The position numbers were made by a program, and so were the translations under genes. The notes below the pieces were generated by a model, which ran no database searches, was not told where the DNA came from, and saw only the letters and a list, made by a program, of their open reading frames with translations. A stretch of DNA of 51,044 nucleotides, the filler included, from Olpidium bornovanus S191 (Eukaryota > Fungi > Olpidiomycota), in the NCBI GenBank assembly GCA_017911155.1. It is 22 parts of 22 records of this genome, joined end to end, with 100 filler letters (N's around TTAATTAATTAA, not from the genome) between each part and the next. Parts side by side here need not be neighbours in the genome. Positions count along the whole stretch, not along the records: positions 43,380 to 48,054 come from JAEFCI010003300.1; positions 48,155 to 51,044 come from JAEFCI010001080.1; 20 more parts are not named here. One strand, 5' to 3'. Shown piece after piece: positions 46,337-51,044 of the stretch (its first letter is position 1; every line of letters starts with the position of its first letter).

Positions 46337-48054
46337 GTGATCGCACTCTGCACGCGCTGGCAAAAGGGCCTGCTCCGACGGAGCCCCCGTCGAAACGCTG
46401 GCGGTGGAAGGCTTTACCTGCAGCAGCCCATCGGGCCTCGCCTGCTCCGGACTCTCTCAACCGTCCGAAACCCTCCCCACCCCGTTACTTTCATCACCAC
46501 GGCTCCGCTGATCCCGCCCGCGACCGCCGCCGCCGTCGAAGCCGATATTTTGTCTCGAGCATTTGTGAGCGGCACGGCGTCGTCTTCATCATCCTCACCT
46601 TCGTCGATACCGATCGTGTCAGTGAGTTCCGGCCACCCGCTCGCCCCCGTGGACTTGCCGGGGCCGTCGTCAACGGACGTGGCAGTCGGCGGACAGATAA
46701 TGGTCGGCGTGCTCATCAATTCGGCGTCCGCGACTGAGATCGCCCGCGCCGCACCGACGACCGCGGCACCGAACGCCACGGCCGCCGCCGTACTGAAGTC
46801 GGCGTCCGGCGTACACGCTCGCCACCTGCCCGGTTTGTCTTTAAACTCCTCGAGTCATATTCGACACGTCAAAAGCCATGACCTCGACTCGGGTTTGACT
46901 CCTTCCATCACGCCGGGAGATTCGGCTTTCTCCCCGGTGTTGGCTACGCCGGAGTACGCCAAGCGCACGAGTTCTTGCGCAGTTTCGCCGACGATGAGCC
47001 TCTGTGGCATCAAGTCGGGCGGTTCCCCGTCTTCCGGGTCTGACAAGCGCAAATTTTCCGGATCGCCGTTGGCCGAAGGAAAATTCAAGCTGTCGCAATC
47101 TGCTGCGTCTGGCGCCAACGATGTTGTACCAACGTGTAAGCGTTTCGTTGAAGCGCCATATGTATACCACGTCCGGCAAAGGCTGGCGCACCCCTAGGCT
47201 TGCGTGATGTCAGTCGTCGGAGTCAGCTTACGTTGCTCTGTCGCCTTTTTTGCATGACGGAACCCTAGGTGTCACGGGCACGACTAATGGTTTAGCCCCT
47301 CTTGCTGAGTCCTCGAGGTCAAACATCGATATCACGGACACGTTGATTGCAGATGAGCCGCCGGAAATTCAAGAACAACGGCCGCGGAAATCGAAGCAGT
47401 TTTCTTTTTTATCTTATTTGTTCTGCTGCACTGGCGAAGTCACCGAGGGAACGGTGTTGCCGAACGGCCAGCAGCTCATCAGCAGTGCCGCACCGCCGGT
47501 GGTGAACGTGGAGCCGTCAGCGCCGGTCGCCGACCGCAACCATTTCACGCTGCCGCCGAAATCTCGCATTGCGAATCGGAATGCCCTTGCGGCCGCGCCA
47601 TGCCGGACCTCTGAGGTCGAGGCCCCGGTCGAGACCGGGCGACGTGGTGCGTTTTTTGCCGCCCTCAAACGGCTGCTGCCGCGGTCGTGGAGGTTCCCCA
47701 GGGTGCCAAATAAGGATGCCTCGTCGCTGAGGTCACCGGATCAGGATACACAGCAGAGGCGAGATTCCGGTCGGCCGCAACTGTCGCGGTCGGCTGCCCC
47801 GATCGCGGCGGCGCCCGCATTCGGCTTGTCCAACACAGTGCGCAAAAACTTCCTAAGCTCCAGAGAAGCGAACCCTCCGCGGGCCAGTCTGGACAGGCGG
47901 GTGGACCGCCGCCCCAGCGTTGGGATTAGCAGCCATGCACGCAGGCGCTCGTCTCGCGGGTCCGCGGGCAGCCGGGACCCGACCGCTAACGTCATTGCCT
48001 CCGTCGCGCCGGGCGTGACGGTCGCCCAAAACGCGGGCCGCTCGGCCTCGACTC
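46337..48054 (+). CDS. Ser/Pro/Ala-rich hypothetical protein with an FCC motif (3' truncated; start uncertain)
   Basis: ORFs 46337-47197 and 47250-48054 can be joined by an intron at 47136-47268 (ACGT|GTAAGC...CCTAG|GT). Contains KSKQFSFLSYLFCC. No catalytic domain lies inside the contig. Confidence 0.5.
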
Positions 48055-48251
48055 NNNNNNNNNNNNNNNNNNNNNNNNNNNNNNNNNNNNNNNNNNNNTT
48101 AATTAATTAANNNNNNNNNNNNNNNNNNNNNNNNNNNNNNNNNNNNNNNNNNNNAAAAAGCATGTTCGGCCGTCACCGTTCACCGCGAGAAAGGGGACCG
48201 AGAAAAAGCGAGCGAGCGACCGCGGAGCCCCCCCCCCCCCACCCAACTCAC

Positions 48252-49440
48252 GTGAACTCCTGACCGCACAGATAAGGCTGGTTGGCAAGGATTTTGTCGT
48301 AGACGTCAAGACACTTCTCGACGTTCTCGCGATGTTCCTTGACCTTGGCCGGATCAGGTTCCGCATTATAGAAAAGCTTTTTAAAGCTGTACAGGCCAAA
48401 AATAATAAAAAAAAAAAAAGAAGGCGGGGTGAGCAACCGGCATAAACATCGGTGCCTAGCGCGGCGGGCTGCTTACACGGTCTCCGTCGTAAGACCACTA
48501 ACAGCGGGGTTATAGTGAGAGACTTCGACGCTGATCATCTGCTGCACGATGGCGCGCTTTTTAAGGTCCGTCGGGAAAATCTTGTTGCCTGCTGCACCCG
48601 CCTTGTCGCAAAGGTACTGGCAGATGGCGCGGGACTAACGGAGGCGGGAGGGAGAAAACACAGAAAAAAGCGAGGCCAAAAATTTTGGAAAAGCCGCGCC
48701 AGGGAGGACCCAAAAAAGAACGGACGAAATTCGGCCGGCGGACGGCCCAAAGGAAAAAAAACGCGACGACAACTTACTTCGTAGATGATGAAGCCGTCGT
48801 CGTCGAGCGCAGGGATCTGACCAAACGGCTGCAACTTCATGAACTCCGGTTTCTTGTGGGCGCCCTGCGCGTTTCCGGAAGAACGGCGCGAAACGCCCCG
48901 AAAACCGGGCGTCAGAAAAGCGCCGCCGCCCCTTTTTTTCTCGGACTCCCCGCACGGGCCCTCACGCAAAGACGAAAAGGAAAAAGAAACAAACAAACCT
49001 GCGCAAGGTCCACCTTGACCAGCTCAACCTGGAGGCCGCACTCGTTGGCGGTGTACAGCACGCGCTGGGTGCACGTGCTAAAGGAAAGGCCTGTTCGCGG
49101 AGACGCGGAGGGCGGGGAAAGATGGTGGGGGGGAGAGAGAGAGAGAGAAAGGACGCGTCAGGGAGTCGAAACGCGGTTATGCTGCCATCCTGGGAGACGC
49201 GACGCTACGACGACGTCCCGCGACCGGAAGGGACAGCCGTCGCGTGCGGCGGGAGGGGGACGGGGCCGCCACGCAAAAGGCGACAGGGAGCGCAGATCGA
49301 TGCAAATCAACGCGTCCGCCCTTGTCCGGTGGCGCCGTGGAGGTGGGGAGGGGCGGACGGGAAGGTGCGCCGAGCGCGGCGCGCGAAGTTGCGGCGGGGG
49401 ACGGCGGGGAGCTGCACGCACCGTAGAGCTTGAGAACCAT
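48252..49440 (-). CDS. Glutathione S-transferase (phi-like fungal GST), multi-exon (3' truncated)
   Basis: MVLKLYG; TCTQRVLYTANECGLQVELVKVDL; GAHKKPEFMKLQPFGQIPALDDDGFIIYE; SRAICQYL; DLKKRAIVQQMISVE; LDVYDKILANQPYLCGQEFT. Confidence 0.93.
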
Positions 49441-49585
49441 CTTCGCGTCGGAGACAGGGAATGGCAGGGGTTCGTGCGTGCGTAGGTGCGCGGGGAGAGC
49501 TGGGGCGGAGGCGGGCGGTGCGAGCGGGGAACACGGCGCGAGGGCGGCGGGGGGAGGGGGAAGTGCCTCGGGCCGGGGCCGCCTG

Positions 49586-49592
49586 CCTTATA
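49586..49592 (-). promoter_or_regulatory. Putative TATA element of the GST gene, flanked by GC boxes
   Basis: TATAAGG on the minus strand ~150 nt upstream of the GST ATG. It is an isolated AT island in very GC-rich DNA with GGGCGG-type motifs nearby. Confidence 0.5.
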
Positions 49593-49729
49593 GCGGGGCC
49601 GGGCCGGGCCGGGCCGGCCGGGCGGGCGGGCGGGCTGTTCCCCCCCTTCGCCGCCACAGTTTCTCTCAAACGGAACGCATGCGCGCCGCACGCCGTCCCC
49701 GTCGTTACGTAATTGCGAGAGAGAGAGAA

Positions 49730-49774
<45 letters not shown>

Positions 49775-50327
49775 ACGAGAAGACGAGAAGAGAAAGAGAG
49801 AGAGCGAAAAGACGAGAAAGAGAAAAAGAGAGAGAAAAAGCGAGAGGGGGTGGCGGCTTGTTAAAGGGGGGCGCGGGCGGGATAATTTCGATTCTCCCCC
49901 CTTCTTGTTGGCAGAAAACGAGGACAGCAGTAGCAGCAGAGGGAAAAAAAGAAAAAGGAGAGTAGTACTGTCCCCCCTTCGCTCGCGCGCGCGCGGACGT
50001 CTGAGCGGATCATGCCGCTCGCCACCGCCCCTGAACCGTGCGCCCCCTGCCCCGCTGCCAGACCGCTCCGAGACAAAAGAGGGAATGAGAGAGTGTGTGA
50101 GAGAGAGAGGGGGGGGAGGGGGGAAGGGTGAAGGGGCCGGGTCCGGGCTGTACGTCTCCAAGAATATCGTATAGCCTTACGCGCGCTCGCTCGCACTCGC
50201 GGCGCCTTCCGTCTCCCAGCTTCCCTCTGTTCTCCAGCGGGGCGGGCGGAGCTGTGTGTGACAGGGAGCGGGGGACACGGACCGAGCGTCACGTGACTCG
50301 CGGACCCCAAGCGCTGAAACACCTCTC

Positions 50328-50435
50328 CGCTCGACCGACCGCCCCACCGCCCGACCGACCGCCAGACCACTCGACCGACCGCCCGACCGCCCGACCGACC
50401 GCCAGACCGCCCGACCGACCGCCCCACCGCCCGAC
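50328..50435. repeat. CCGA/CCGC-based compound repeat
   Basis: Reiterated (C)CGACCGACCGCC(C/A) units, ~85-190 nt upstream of the ATG at 50520. Confidence 0.85.
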
Positions 50436-50519
50436 CATTTGCCCTGCGCCGCTTCGCCCGCAGACCTCTCTGGCCCGGAGAGAGAGAGAGTGAGAGAGAG
50501 AGAGAAAGAGACGACAACA

Positions 50520-50963
50520 ATGGTAAATGCGGCGAGCTTGCCCGGCACCCCTTCCGCTTTTCGGCGGCCGCTCTTCGGCGGCACAGCAGCACGCCTGGAC
50601 GCGGGAAAACGCGGGAAGGCGAGTCGGGGCGGTCCCTCAGCCGCAGGCGCGGTCCTCCCGGGAACCCGGCCCCTCGTCCAGCCGTGCAGGGATGAGGGGC
50701 ACCCGGCTCCGCACCGTCCTTCCGTAGCCCGCGAGTTCTAACGTGCCACGGCCGTTTCGCCGTCCGTTTACCACGCTGCCTGGCCCCTATTCCCCTCGCG
50801 GTCTGGCGTCAGTCCAGTCAGTTACACTCCACGTAAGTCGCCTGCGCCAAGCGCGCGGCGTCCCCGCCTCTCGTCTAACCGCCCTAGCGAGGGCGCGGTT
50901 TTCTATTTTTTTTCGACGGCCACCAGGGTTCGGTATACCTTAGACTCTGAACCTAATTCACAG
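50520..50963 (+). CDS. Possible 5' micro-exons of a gene divergent from GST (3' truncated)
   Basis: ACAACA-ATG|GTAAAT; CTAAC branch; CAG acceptors near 50811-50816; short exon ending CTCCAC|GTAAGT; second CTAAC; CCACCAG|GGTTCGG...CACAG|GTACCG. Translation is ambiguous (MSSQLHSTVRYTLDSEPNSQ or MSVTLH...). Confidence 0.35.
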
Positions 50964-51044
50964 GTACCGCACCTCGCTCGACGCAAAAAAAAAAAAAAAA
51001 AAAAAAAAAAAACCCCCCCCCCCTTTTTTCCCCCCCCGGGCGGA

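Noticed and set aside
2943-48154. Regularly recurring TTAATTAATTAA flanked by Ns, resembling a repeat/spacer array
   Set aside because: It is an artificial six-frame-stop linker of fixed 100-bp length, not a CRISPR array or biological repeat. ORFs ending in XXX-LIN are artefacts.

Overview
Eukaryotic (fungal) draft assembly, not one contiguous locus. The window is 22 short contigs (about 1.1-5.3 kb) joined by 21 identical 100-bp artificial linkers (44 N + TTAATTAATTAA + 44 N), so gene order across linkers has no biological meaning. The contigs carry intron-rich, mostly partial, GC-rich fungal genes: FBP1, ADA3/NGG1, YCS4, a C2H2 transcription factor, an OxlT/OFA-type MFS transporter, an F-box/LRR protein, a CSR1-like CRAL-TRIO protein, an M1 aminopeptidase, UCH37, a ~1046-aa HMG-box protein, LRRC6/DNAAF11, coatomer epsilon, a UPF0658-like membrane protein and a GST. 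There is also a Ty3/Gypsy remnant. LRRC6 alongside fungal-type genes points to a zoosporic fungus (chytrid- or Olpidium-like; inference). Best leads: (i) a Gypsy gag pseudogene and an intact integrase lying back-to-back on opposite strands with no recognisable RT/RNaseH, the integrase tail carrying a hierarchical repeat; (ii) the large MATA/Sox-type HMG-box protein; (iii) strong CATG enrichment at contig ends, probably technical. I found no rRNA, tRNA or CRISPR, and no multi-gene novel system can be supported from this fragmented window. All family calls are by motif recognition, not database searches.
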